Origin: Patescibacteria group bacterium
GTDB taxonomy: Bacteria; Patescibacteriota; Patescibacteriia; UBA2591; UBA6264
NCBI GenBank assembly: GCA_021735685.1
Contig: JAIPGN010000003.1
Location: forward strand, 1,269 to 65,268
Length of the DNA: 64,000 nt
Direction of reading: 5' to 3'
The notes under the pieces were generated by a model, which saw only the letters and a program-made list of their open reading frames with translations, ran no database searches and was not told the origin of the DNA. Position 1 is the stretch's first letter; the number at the start of each line of letters is the position of its first letter. The translations under genes were made by a program, and so were the position numbers. Below are positions 9,328 through 18,114 of the stretch, one piece after another.

Positions 9328-9358
9328 AAAAGAAGGTTCTGTTATTGAATCTTCTTTT
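9328..9358. terminator. Bidirectional terminator between trpS and the methyltransferase
   Basis: AAAAGAAGGTTC-TGTTATT-GAATCTTCTTTT between convergent genes. Confidence 0.65.
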
Positions 9359-9371
9359 GCTTAAATTCTAA

Positions 9372-10070
9372 TTACTTTTTTTGACCAATAATTATTAAAT
9401 TGAATCCTCTTTTTGTTTCTGGACAAGCCCTGACAACCTGAAAGCCAGCTTGAATAAACATTTTCTTTAACTCTTTGAGGCGAAAAGCATAATGATAGCG
9501 ATCCGCTCTATAATCGCCAGAACGCCAAGGAATAAAAACATTAGACTGGCCCCAAAACAAAGAATAAAGTTGGTATTTGTTAATCAAGCGCCATTGACGC
9601 AAATTCCAAACGGTCATCATTAAAAATCCGCCAGGCTTTAATAAATCAAAACAGTCTTTAATAATTTTCATTCGTAAACGAAAAGAAGGAATATGGTGCA
9701 AAAAAGCAATACTGATAATAGCGTTGAATTCTTGATCTGGAAATTGGGCCTTGAGTCTTAGAGCGTCACCTTTTAAAAATAAAGGAAATTTTTTTTGACT
9801 AGATGAATCAATAAACTTTTTCCTAGCTATTTCAATTAAATTCTTACTATTATCTAGTCCAATATATTTAATTTTTTGAGGCGATAAAGCTTGATACAAG
9901 CGACCATTTCCACAACCTAAATCCAAAATCTTGTCACCCTTTTTTAAAAAAGAAAAAAAGGGCTGAATTTCTTTCCAGTTTTCCTTTCTGGTTTTAGAAA
10001 AATCTTCGGCAATTAATTCCCAAATTTTTTCATTTTGTTTTAAAATTTTTCTAACTTTTTCTTTTTTCAT
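9372..10070 (-). CDS. Class I SAM methyltransferase, Trm9/ALKBH8-like (candidate tRNA cm5U34 carboxyl methyltransferase)
   Basis: IAEDFSKTR...W, LDLGCGNGR, GLDNSKNLIEIAR, ISIAFLHH, LKPGG...VW, VFIPW, RYHYAF. Confidence 0.8.
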   Translation of the reverse strand: MKKEKVRKILKQNEKIWELIAEDFSKTRKENWKEIQPFFSFLKKGDKILDLGCGNGRLYQALSPQKIKYIGLDNSKNLIEIARKKFIDSSSQKKFPLFLKGDALRLKAQFPDQEFNAIISIAFLHHIPSFRLRMKIIKDCFDLLKPGGFLMMTVWNLRQWRLINKYQLYSLFWGQSNVFIPWRSGDYRADRYHYAFRLKELKKMFIQAGFQVVRACPETKRGFNLIIIGQKK

Positions 10071-10081
10071 CTTTAGGCCTT

Positions 10082-10159
10082 ATTTTAACAAAAATTAAAA
10101 TTTAAGAAAAGAAATACTTTCTCGGAAAGATGGAAAACAAAATAAAAAAATGTTAAAAT
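10082..10159. promoter_or_regulatory. Back-to-back extended -10 promoters for the Trm9-like gene and elp3
   Basis: Identical TGTTAAAAT on the minus strand (10090-10082) and plus strand (10151-10159) in the 96-bp gap. Confidence 0.6.
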
Positions 10160-10166
10160 AGTCAAT

Positions 10167-11756
10167 ATGGTTTCCAAGGAAGCAAAAATTAAAATAGTGC
10201 AAATAATGGCTAAACAAAAAATTAGCTCTTTTTTACAATTTGAAAAAATTAAGCATAAGGCTATCTCTCTTTTGAAAACTGATTTCCCATCTCACAGCGA
10301 ACTATTAAAAACTTATCAAGACCTCAGAAAAGCTAAAAAAATCCCTCAAAATCTTTATTTTGAAAAATTATTAAAAAAAAGACCAATTCGCAGTTTATCG
10401 GGAGTAGCGGTAGTCGCGGTTTTAACTAAACCTTGGCCCTGCCCTGGAAAATGTATTTATTGCCCTTCAGAAAAAAACGTACCTCAAAGTTACTTATCTG
10501 GTGAACCAGCCGTAGAAAGAGCAAAGGCTTTAAATTATGACCCTTATTCCCAAACTAAAAAAAGAATTGAAATGTTGAAAAAAAATGGCCACCCTACAGA
10601 TAAAATTGAGTTAATAGTTATTGGCGGTACTTGGAGCTATTTGCCCAAAAAATATCAAACTTGGTTCATTAAAAGATGTTTTGACGCTGCCAATTTAGCT
10701 TCTAAGCCTGCTTCTAGTTTAATTAAAGCTCAAAAAAGAAATGAAAAATCTAAACATCGCTTAATTGGTATTACTCTGGAAACAAGACCTGATTATATTA
10801 ATTTAACTGAAATCAAAAGAATGAGAAAACTAGGATGCACACGAGTAGAAATTGGTGTACAAATAACTGATAATCAAATTTTAAATTTGAACCAAAGAGG
10901 TCATTCTGTGGAGACTGTAATTGAAGCTACTAAATTATTAAAAAATGCTGGACTAAAAATATGTTACCATTTTATGCCTGGCCTTTGGGGCTCCAATCCT
11001 CAAAAAGATTTACAAAAATTTCAAGAACTTTTTGCCTCTCCTGAATTTCAACCAGACATGCTTAAAATATATCCTTGCGTAGTCACCAAAGGATCCAAGC
11101 TTCATGAACTTTGGAAAAATAATGAATACCAGCCTTATTCTGACAATACCTTAACCGAACTTCTAATCAAAATGAAATCAATTGTCCCTCCTTATGTTCG
11201 CATTAATCGCGTTATTCGCGACATCCCCTCTTGGCAGATTGAAGGTGGCAGTAAAATCTCCAATCTCCGTCAATATCTAACCACTAAAATGGAAAAACAA
11301 AATATTAGCTGCCAATGTATTCGTTGCCGAGAAATAAAATCATCTCAAATTAAAATTCAAGAATTAAAATTAAAAAAATATCATTACTCTGCCTCAGACG
11401 GCGAAGAAACATTCCTTTCTTTTGAAACCAGAAAAGATAAAAAATTAGTTGCCTTTTTACGTTTACGCTGGCCCTCAAAATTAAACCCCAAAGAACAATT
11501 ACCGATTCTGAAAAATAAAGCTTTAATTAGAGAGCTTCATACTTACGGACAATTAGTTTCCTTAAAAGAAAAAAATCAAAAAGCAGCTCAACACTTTGGT
11601 CTGGGAAAAAAATTAATCAAAGAAGCAGAAAAAATTAGCTTAAAAAAAGGCTATAAAAAGATAGCTATAATTGCCGGAGTTGGCGTTAGAGAATATTATC
11701 GTCATTTAGGTTATCGCTTGCAAAAAACTTATATGATTAAATCTTTGAAAGCATAA
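10167..11756 (+). CDS. elp3: Elongator protein 3 family tRNA uridine(34) carboxymethylase (radical SAM + GNAT)
   Basis: RSLSGVAVVAV, CPGKCIYCP, PQSY, GGT, ETRPD, RVEIGVQ, KIYPC, RVIRDIP, CQCIRCRE, RELHTYG, QHFGLGKKL, GVREYYR. Confidence 0.95.
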   Translation: MVSKEAKIKIVQIMAKQKISSFLQFEKIKHKAISLLKTDFPSHSELLKTYQDLRKAKKIPQNLYFEKLLKKRPIRSLSGVAVVAVLTKPWPCPGKCIYCPSEKNVPQSYLSGEPAVERAKALNYDPYSQTKKRIEMLKKNGHPTDKIELIVIGGTWSYLPKKYQTWFIKRCFDAANLASKPASSLIKAQKRNEKSKHRLIGITLETRPDYINLTEIKRMRKLGCTRVEIGVQITDNQILNLNQRGHSVETVIEATKLLKNAGLKICYHFMPGLWGSNPQKDLQKFQELFASPEFQPDMLKIYPCVVTKGSKLHELWKNNEYQPYSDNTLTELLIKMKSIVPPYVRINRVIRDIPSWQIEGGSKISNLRQYLTTKMEKQNISCQCIRCREIKSSQIKIQELKLKKYHYSASDGEETFLSFETRKDKKLVAFLRLRWPSKLNPKEQLPILKNKALIRELHTYGQLVSLKEKNQKAAQHFGLGKKLIKEAEKISLKKGYKKIAIIAGVGVREYYRHLGYRLQKTYMIKSLKA

Positions 11757-11791
11757 GAATCAATTAAGATTCTAATTCTTAGGGAAAAAAT

Positions 11792-11824
11792 AAAAATACA
11801 TAGGTCAAACCTGTGTATTTTTTT
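11792..11824 (+). terminator. Terminator after elp3
   Basis: AAAATACATAGGT-CAA-ACCTGTGTATTTT followed by a T-run. Confidence 0.7.
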
Positions 11825-11845
11825 GTTTGTTTTTCTTAAAAAAGC

Positions 11846-11930
11846 CCATTTTTTCGCCAAATCGGAAAAATGGGCTGGAAATCCGCACAGAGAACAGGTT
11901 CTGATGGATAAAAATAAGGGGACAGTCCCC
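11846..11930. repeat. Dispersed intergenic element copy B
   Basis: CCATTTTTTCGCCA 11846-11859; CGCACAGAGA 11884-11893; GGGGACAGTCCCC 11918-11930; same spacing as copy A. Confidence 0.7.
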
Positions 11931-11932
11931 TT

Positions 11933-13228
11933 TTATTTCCAAGAGGAAGATTGACGGACTAAAAACTGAGAAGCTTTTTGCGGCTTCGACATTATTTGTT
12001 TTACGGCTCTTTCTAAACGTATGCCCTGAGAAGCCTTCATTAAAATTAAATCTCCTTTTTTAATATTTTTCTTTAAAAACCTACCCGCCTCTAAAGAATT
12101 AGAAAAAGCAAAAGATTTTTCTATCGGGAAAGAAAGCTCACGCGCCCGATTTAAAATTTCCCGAGACAAAGAGCCAACTGTAATCAAAAAATCACAATTA
12201 GTTTTTACTACTTGCTCTCCTATTTCTTGATGCGCTCTTTTGCTTAAATCTCCTAATTCTAACATATCTCCCAAAACAACCCATTTTCTAGATTGAGAAG
12301 AAATTTCAACCTTAGACAAAGTTGCTAAGGCTACTTGGACAGCTCGCGGAGAAGAATTATAGGTATCATCCAAAATAATACTTTTTTTAATTCCTTCAAT
12401 AACTTGCAAACGTCCGGGCAAAACTTGATAATCAGAAAAAGACTTAGTCAATTCAATTAAATTAAATCCCAAACTTAAACCCACAGCTATTCCAGCTAAA
12501 ACAGAATAAATTTGCGCTTCATTGATTAATCGAGGTAAAAAAAGAGGTACCAGATTTCCTTTATATTTCACTTTTAATAACAAGCCTTTAAGCAAAGGAA
12601 CGCCTTCTGAGTTAAGGCTTTGGTCAATTCTGACATCAATGGCTTGCAAATCAGCTGCTGGAGAAAGTCCAAAGGTTAAAACTTTTCCAGAGGTACGATC
12701 CTTTAATTGCTCTACTCGAGGATCATCAACATTAAGAATCGCCCAATCTTGATCTTTTAATTTTTTAATAATATTAAACTTTTCTTTAGCCACGGCCTTA
12801 ATATTTTTAAAAAATTCGGTATGAGCTAAGTCAATAGCCGTCAAAACTCCAATTTGAGGAGGAGCAATGTTAGTTAAATAAGTAATATCGCCTGGATGAT
12901 CAGCCGCCATTTCCAAAACTAAAACCTGAGGGTATTTTATTTTAAAAACTAAAAGCTTGAAAATAACAAAAAATAATTGAAGCCACTTGAAAATATTTTT
13001 TCGGGGCGAATCTACTCCTAAAATGGTTAAAGGAAGGCCAATTTCGTTATTATAGCTCTGGAAAGAGCACCTTAAATTAAATTTATCTTGCAAAGCCAAA
13101 GCAATTGCTTCCTTAGTTGAAGATTTACCAACACTGCCCGTGACTCCAATCACCAAGGGCTTATATCTCTTGACTACTCTCCGGGCAAAAAAAGATAAAA
13201 ATTGTTGAAAAATTTTACGAAAAAACAT
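11933..13228 (-). CDS. murF: UDP-N-acetylmuramoyl-tripeptide--D-Ala-D-Ala ligase
   Basis: GVTGSVGKSSTKE, NNEIGLPLT, LEM, DDTYNSSP, LGDMLELG, KASQG. Confidence 0.95.
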   Translation of the reverse strand: MFFRKIFQQFLSFFARRVVKRYKPLVIGVTGSVGKSSTKEAIALALQDKFNLRCSFQSYNNEIGLPLTILGVDSPRKNIFKWLQLFFVIFKLLVFKIKYPQVLVLEMAADHPGDITYLTNIAPPQIGVLTAIDLAHTEFFKNIKAVAKEKFNIIKKLKDQDWAILNVDDPRVEQLKDRTSGKVLTFGLSPAADLQAIDVRIDQSLNSEGVPLLKGLLLKVKYKGNLVPLFLPRLINEAQIYSVLAGIAVGLSLGFNLIELTKSFSDYQVLPGRLQVIEGIKKSIILDDTYNSSPRAVQVALATLSKVEISSQSRKWVVLGDMLELGDLSKRAHQEIGEQVVKTNCDFLITVGSLSREILNRARELSFPIEKSFAFSNSLEAGRFLKKNIKKGDLILMKASQGIRLERAVKQIMSKPQKASQFLVRQSSSWK

Positions 13229-13236
13229 AAATTTAA

Positions 13237-14952
13237 TTAAATTTTATCTGGAGGAACATTATAATATTTTAGCACAAATTCAACTAATTCGCTAAAAACT
13301 TCGCTAACTGTATAAAAAGCAAATTTTTCTTCTCGAGGATTATTTAATTTAACCAAAGCTACTATTTGCGGATCGGTAGCTGGGGCAAAACCCACAAAAG
13401 AATGAATAACTTGATCTGCATATCCTCCTTCCGGGCCAGGAACCTGAGCTGTACCAGTTTTCCCAGCAATAGTATAACCAGGAATTTTTATTCTTTTTTT
13501 GTATTCTTTTTCCACCACCGTGCTCATCATTGAAGAAAGAGTGAAGGCGGTCTGAGGAGAAATAACCGAACGGACAACTTTTGGTTCCCTTTCGATCACT
13601 TGTTCACCTTTTCTTATCTCTTTAACTAGATAAGGCTTCATTAATTTTCCAGAATTAGCAATCGATCCTACCGCCACTATCATTTGCAAGGGCGTCACTG
13701 CAATTCCCTGTCCAAAAGAAGCCGTAGCTAGATAAATATCTTGCTTTTGATTTAAATTGTCAATATTTCCAGATGCCTCTCCCTTGAGCTCAATGTCAGT
13801 TAAACTACCAAAACCAAATTTTTTTAAATAATTTCTAAAATTTTCTTTTCCTAATAAGCCAGCTACATGAACCGCACCCGTATTAATTGATTTTTCTAAA
13901 ATTTTGGTCATACTCGCCAAACCAAAATTTTCCTCATCTACATTACGAATAGTCTCGCCATCAATTTCGACAAAACCTGTATCCTGAAAGGTACTTTCCT
14001 TTTTTATTGCTTCAGCATCTAGAGCGCTAGCCATTGTAATCACCTTAAAAATAGAACCCGGCTCAAAAGATTCACTTATGGCTGAATTTTTAAATAAAGA
14101 CATATTCTCAACTTGAGAGTATTGATTAGGGTCAAAGGCAGGATAATTAACCATAGCTAAAATTTTGCCCGTAGAAGGATCTAAAAGAATAATTGTGCCT
14201 GAATCGGCTCTGTATTTTTTTACAGCTTCTTCCAATAATTTAAAAGAATGAAACTGAAGAACCCGATCAACGGTGAGTACTAGATCTGCCCCGGGTTCAT
14301 CTCTTTGCAGGGTTCGATAAACTGGCAAAGAAAAAGAATCACGAACCTGATAACCATTGACTCCCCTTAATTCTTCTTCAAAGAAATCTTCCAAACCATA
14401 CTGTCCCTGAAGCCGACTCTCTACTTCTCGAGTAAAACCAGTTAAATGGCTAAAAAGCTTTCCTTCGGGATAGTAACGTTTAGGGAAGGCCTGAAAAAAG
14501 ATACCAGGCAAAGCCAACTCTTTAATAGCTTCATATTCCGAGCTGCTCAAATCTTTTCTTAAAAGTTGATAACGACTCTGAGATCGGGAAAGACGAGACA
14601 ACAATGATTTAAATTTTTCTGCAGCTTCATCTTCTTCGACAAAGAAATTCTCCGCCGGGACTTTAATCTCTAAAAAAGGGGCTAATTTTTCTGCTATCTC
14701 GTTAACCAAATCCTCTTCCTTGATAATTTCTGGGTCAGCAATTAAATGATATTGCTTGAAATTAACCGCCAAGGGCAATAAATCATCTTCTTCTTGCGCC
14801 AAAATTTTACCTCTTTCCGCAATAATGGTTTCCGGAGCGAAATTAAAATCTCTTACTTGACTTTTCACAATCTGCAACCAAAAAAGGCGCCCCCCTACTA
14901 AGGCGCCGATAATAAAAACAAAAAAAATAAGCAATTGAAAACGTTTGTCCAT
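13237..14952 (-). CDS. ftsI: Class B penicillin-binding protein (FtsI/PBP3-like)
   Basis: RLFWLQI, ERGKI, EPGSIFK (SxxK), SIN (SxN), KTGTAQ; dcw context. Confidence 0.9.
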   Translation of the reverse strand: MDKRFQLLIFFVFIIGALVGGRLFWLQIVKSQVRDFNFAPETIIAERGKILAQEEDDLLPLAVNFKQYHLIADPEIIKEEDLVNEIAEKLAPFLEIKVPAENFFVEEDEAAEKFKSLLSRLSRSQSRYQLLRKDLSSSEYEAIKELALPGIFFQAFPKRYYPEGKLFSHLTGFTREVESRLQGQYGLEDFFEEELRGVNGYQVRDSFSLPVYRTLQRDEPGADLVLTVDRVLQFHSFKLLEEAVKKYRADSGTIILLDPSTGKILAMVNYPAFDPNQYSQVENMSLFKNSAISESFEPGSIFKVITMASALDAEAIKKESTFQDTGFVEIDGETIRNVDEENFGLASMTKILEKSINTGAVHVAGLLGKENFRNYLKKFGFGSLTDIELKGEASGNIDNLNQKQDIYLATASFGQGIAVTPLQMIVAVGSIANSGKLMKPYLVKEIRKGEQVIEREPKVVRSVISPQTAFTLSSMMSTVVEKEYKKRIKIPGYTIAGKTGTAQVPGPEGGYADQVIHSFVGFAPATDPQIVALVKLNNPREEKFAFYTVSEVFSELVEFVLKYYNVPPDKI

Positions 14953-14966
14953 AAAAAATTAAAAAA

Positions 14967-15296
14967 CTATCGAGGTCTTCGCGCCTGAGCCAAAGTATCA
15001 AGACCCAATCTTAAATAATTAACTTGACTGATTTCAACCATATTAAGATTCTGAGATATTTCTTGCAAAGAATCCATTGACTCTAATGACGCTTTTTCTT
15101 CTAAAAGTTTTTCATTTTCTGTCTTTAACTCTTGATGCTCTTTTTCTAACTGGTTGATTTCCATACTGTAAGAAATTCCAGCATTAATTTGAATCAAAGA
15201 AAGGGCAATGACCAAAAATAAAGACCCAAGCAAAAAACAATTCCAGAAAGAATAATTAGAATTACCTTTAATAAATTTTCCTTTAGAGAAAACCAT
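14967..15296 (-). CDS. FtsL-like cell division protein
   Basis: TM helix plus coiled coil, located between rsmH and ftsI. Confidence 0.7.
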   Translation of the reverse strand: MVFSKGKFIKGNSNYSFWNCFLLGSLFLVIALSLIQINAGISYSMEINQLEKEHQELKTENEKLLEEKASLESMDSLQEISQNLNMVEISQVNYLRLGLDTLAQARRPR

Positions 15297-15328
15297 AAGA
15301 ACTAATAATAAAAATTTATAAAATTATC

Positions 15329-16201
15329 TTAAATTTTTTCTGCGGCCCTTAATTTAGCACTTCGCGATCTGGAATTTTCTTTAATCTCTTCTTTGCTCGG
15401 AACTATTGGCTTCTTGGTTAAAATTCGTAAAGCCTCTGTGCGTTTAAAAAAGATTTTAACTATTCGGTCTTCAAGAGAGTGATAACTGATTACCACTATC
15501 TTCCCTCCGGGCGATAAAACCTCCTGACTGCCAATAAGAGCTTGTTGTAAATTTTCTAATTCTTTATTAACGCTAATCCTTAAAGCTTGAAAAATGCGAG
15601 CCAAGCTTTTGATATGAAAACGAAAACCAAGAGTATCTTTAATAATTTGAGCCAATTCTTGAGTGGTGTTAATTTTCTTTTTTTTCCTTTTTTGAACAAT
15701 AATGCGAGCAATTTTAGAAGAATATCTTTCTTCACCATATCTCCAAAAAATTTCTCTTAAAGTCTTTTCTGAATACTGATTAATAATTTCGCGAGCCGTA
15801 ATATCATTCTCCTCAGGATTGAACCTCATATCTAAAGGCTCATCTCTCATAAAACTAAACCCGCGACCACTGGACTCTAATAAATCAGAAGAAAGTCCTA
15901 GGTCCAATAAGATGCCATGAACTGGGCTAAAACTATTTTGTTCAACAATTTCTTGTAAATGAGCAAAGTTTCCGTTAACCACAATAATTCTTTTTTGCAA
16001 ATTTAATTCCCTTCTTTTGTCATCTATTTTCTGGATCGCAGTTGGAGAAAGATCTATTCCTAAAATTTTACCATTAGGGTCAAGAAAGGGTAAAATTTTA
16101 AAGCTATGACCGCCTCCGCCAATAGTGCAATCAATAACATTACAATTGGATTGAGGCTGCAAGTAGTTAATTACTTCTGCTGATAACACGGGAACATGCA
16201 T
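15329..16201 (-). CDS. rsmH: 16S rRNA m4C1402 methyltransferase
   Basis: HVPVL, DCTIGGGGHS, DLGLSS, PLDMR, FQALRISVN, SYHSLEDR, RSAKLR. Confidence 0.97.
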   Translation of the reverse strand: MHVPVLSAEVINYLQPQSNCNVIDCTIGGGGHSFKILPFLDPNGKILGIDLSPTAIQKIDDKRRELNLQKRIIVVNGNFAHLQEIVEQNSFSPVHGILLDLGLSSDLLESSGRGFSFMRDEPLDMRFNPEENDITAREIINQYSEKTLREIFWRYGEERYSSKIARIIVQKRKKKKINTTQELAQIIKDTLGFRFHIKSLARIFQALRISVNKELENLQQALIGSQEVLSPGGKIVVISYHSLEDRIVKIFFKRTEALRILTKKPIVPSKEEIKENSRSRSAKLRAAEKI

Positions 16202-16228
16202 AAATAAATATTTTAAAAATAAAAAATC

Positions 16229-16660
16229 TTAAACTCCTAATTCAGCCAAACTTTCAGCGATATCTTCGCTATTAGATTCAGACTTTCCTTTATATTCTTC
16301 CCATTTTTTTTCGTCCCAAATTTCTAAACGATTGTAAAGACCAGCTACTACTGCTTTTTTATTAATCTGAGCATATTTTTTTAAATAATCAGGCAGAACC
16401 ACTCTCCCCTGTTTGTCTAAACGAACATCCATAGCTCCGGCCAACATTAAACGAGCAAAGGCACGCGTCTTCGACTTACTGATTGGCATATCGGCCAACT
16501 TAAGAGCTAATTTTTCCCATTCTTTTTTAGTATATAAAAATAAACAGCTGTCTACTCCACGAGTGACAACTGCTCCTTTAGATAAATCCAATCTAAACTT
16601 TGTTGGAAGGGCCAACCTATTTTTCTCATCTACGGAATGATGATATTCCCCAATAAACAT
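16229..16660 (-). CDS. mraZ: Division/cell-wall cluster transcriptional repressor MraZ
   Basis: MFIGEYHHSVDEKNR, DKQGRVVLP, RLEIWD. Confidence 0.97.
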   Translation of the reverse strand: MFIGEYHHSVDEKNRLALPTKFRLDLSKGAVVTRGVDSCLFLYTKKEWEKLALKLADMPISKSKTRAFARLMLAGAMDVRLDKQGRVVLPDYLKKYAQINKKAVVAGLYNRLEIWDEKKWEEYKGKSESNSEDIAESLAELGV

Positions 16661-16688
16661 ATAATAAGCGTTGTTAAGTTAATTTTAG

Positions 16689-16793
16689 TTATCCACAGAT
16701 TATCTAGCTTTTCCCCACTTTTATCCACATGCTTCCACAACATTTGTATTATAAACCATTTTCCCCCACTTAGCAAATAAAACTTGTGGATAA
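16689..16793 (-). promoter_or_regulatory. mraZ promoter region with MraZ GTGG repeats and three perfect DnaA boxes
   Basis: CCAC at 16715, 16725, 16735 (10-bp period); TTATCCACA 16689-16697 and 16721-16729; TGTGGATAA 16785-16793; TTGCTA-17-TATAAT at 16776-16748. Confidence 0.75.
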
Positions 16794-16858
16794 CTTTTTT
16801 AATCAAAAAATGCCTAAATTATCAAAATTCAGGCATTAACTAAACAACTAAGAAATCC

Positions 16859-17053
16859 TTAACTACCTTGATCTTCCTTGAATTTTTTAAAAGAACGATC
16901 ATAAGTCTTCTCAGCTTGAACAGAAAAAAAACAAGCCGGCATTTCTTGACGCGCTAAATGATATTTTACGCATTCGCAACAAATTCCTTTACGTGGGCAA
17001 CCCACGTAAGTACAAGGACAATTTTTTAAATTTTCTCCTTTTTGGCAATCCAT
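16859..17053 (-). CDS. Small Cys-rich putative metal-binding protein (DUF6485-like)
   Basis: CPCTY..CPRKGICCECV.YH....EMPACFF...E.TYDRS; family name from memory. Confidence 0.7.
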   Translation of the reverse strand: MDCQKGENLKNCPCTYVGCPRKGICCECVKYHLARQEMPACFFSVQAEKTYDRSFKKFKEDQGS

Positions 17054-17059
17054 AAAAAA

Positions 17060-18109
17060 TTATTTATCTTTAAATTTTAAACATTCTTGAGCAATAACTA
17101 ATTCTTCGTTGGCTAAAACTTTAATCACTTTCACTCCTTTTAAAATTAATAAATCTTTTTTGATTTGATTAACTGTGTCTGGTAAACCAGTCCCAATTGC
17201 CCCGGAAAAAACCAAGGCATCTATTTTACCTAAAATAGAGTAATAAGCTCCAATGTATTTTTCCAATTGATAAACAAAAATATCAAAAGCAAGTCGAGCT
17301 TGTGAATTTTTTCCCTTTCGCACTGCTTGCACTAATTGATAAAAATCATCTTTTCCAAAAATTCCTTTAATCCCTGATTCGAAATTTAATAATTGATTAA
17401 TTTCTGGAATTGACATTTTTAACTTCTGGTTTAAATATAATAAAATTCCGGGATCAATACTACCCGACCGGGACATCATCACTAAACCTTCTAAAGGAGT
17501 AAAGCCCATACTAGTATCAATTGGCTTACCTTTTTTAATTGCAGTAATACTACAACCTCCGCCCAAATGACAAGTAATTAAATTCATTTCTTTGGTCTTC
17601 TTTTTTAATTTGAATGCTGCCTGTTCAAGCATATATTGATGAGAAATTCCATGAAAGCCAAAACGACGCAAATTATATTGACGATAATATTTTAAAGGCA
17701 AGGCATAAACTTTAGCCCGATTAGGTAAATCTACAAAAAAAGAAGTATCAAAAACAGCAACTTGTTGAGCCGAAGGAATTAATTGAGAAATTTTTTCCAA
17801 AACTTTAACTTGAACAGGATTATGAAGGGGCGCTAAATCATTTAATTCTTTTAATTGTGACAGACTACCAGAATTAATAATAACTGGTTGCTTAAAAAAA
17901 TCTCCTCCGTGTACTACCCGATGTCCAATAATTTGAGGCAAGCCAAAGGGTTTAATCTTTTTTAGTAAATTTTTTAAAACTTTCAAATGCTCATTTTTTT
18001 TCAAATTTTGAAAGCTTTCCGCTACTTGCACTTGAGAAAGATCAGCTAAAAAAAGCTGATACTTTAAAGAAGTACTTCCACTATTGATAACTAAAATTGG
18101 AGAAGGCAT
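17060..18109 (-). CDS. ackA: Acetate/propionate kinase
   Basis: INSGSTSLK, GHRVVHGG, APLHNP, FDTSF, GFHGISH, HLGGGCS, TSMGFTPLEGL, NEE. Confidence 0.95.
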   Translation of the reverse strand: MPSPILVINSGSTSLKYQLFLADLSQVQVAESFQNLKKNEHLKVLKNLLKKIKPFGLPQIIGHRVVHGGDFFKQPVIINSGSLSQLKELNDLAPLHNPVQVKVLEKISQLIPSAQQVAVFDTSFFVDLPNRAKVYALPLKYYRQYNLRRFGFHGISHQYMLEQAAFKLKKKTKEMNLITCHLGGGCSITAIKKGKPIDTSMGFTPLEGLVMMSRSGSIDPGILLYLNQKLKMSIPEINQLLNFESGIKGIFGKDDFYQLVQAVRKGKNSQARLAFDIFVYQLEKYIGAYYSILGKIDALVFSGAIGTGLPDTVNQIKKDLLILKGVKVIKVLANEELVIAQECLKFKDK

Positions 18110-18114
18110 AAAAA

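Noticed and set aside
16689-16793. oriC
   Set aside because: No dnaA/dnaN nearby, and gene orientation and strand composition look unchanged across the site by eye; kept only as a regulatory finding.
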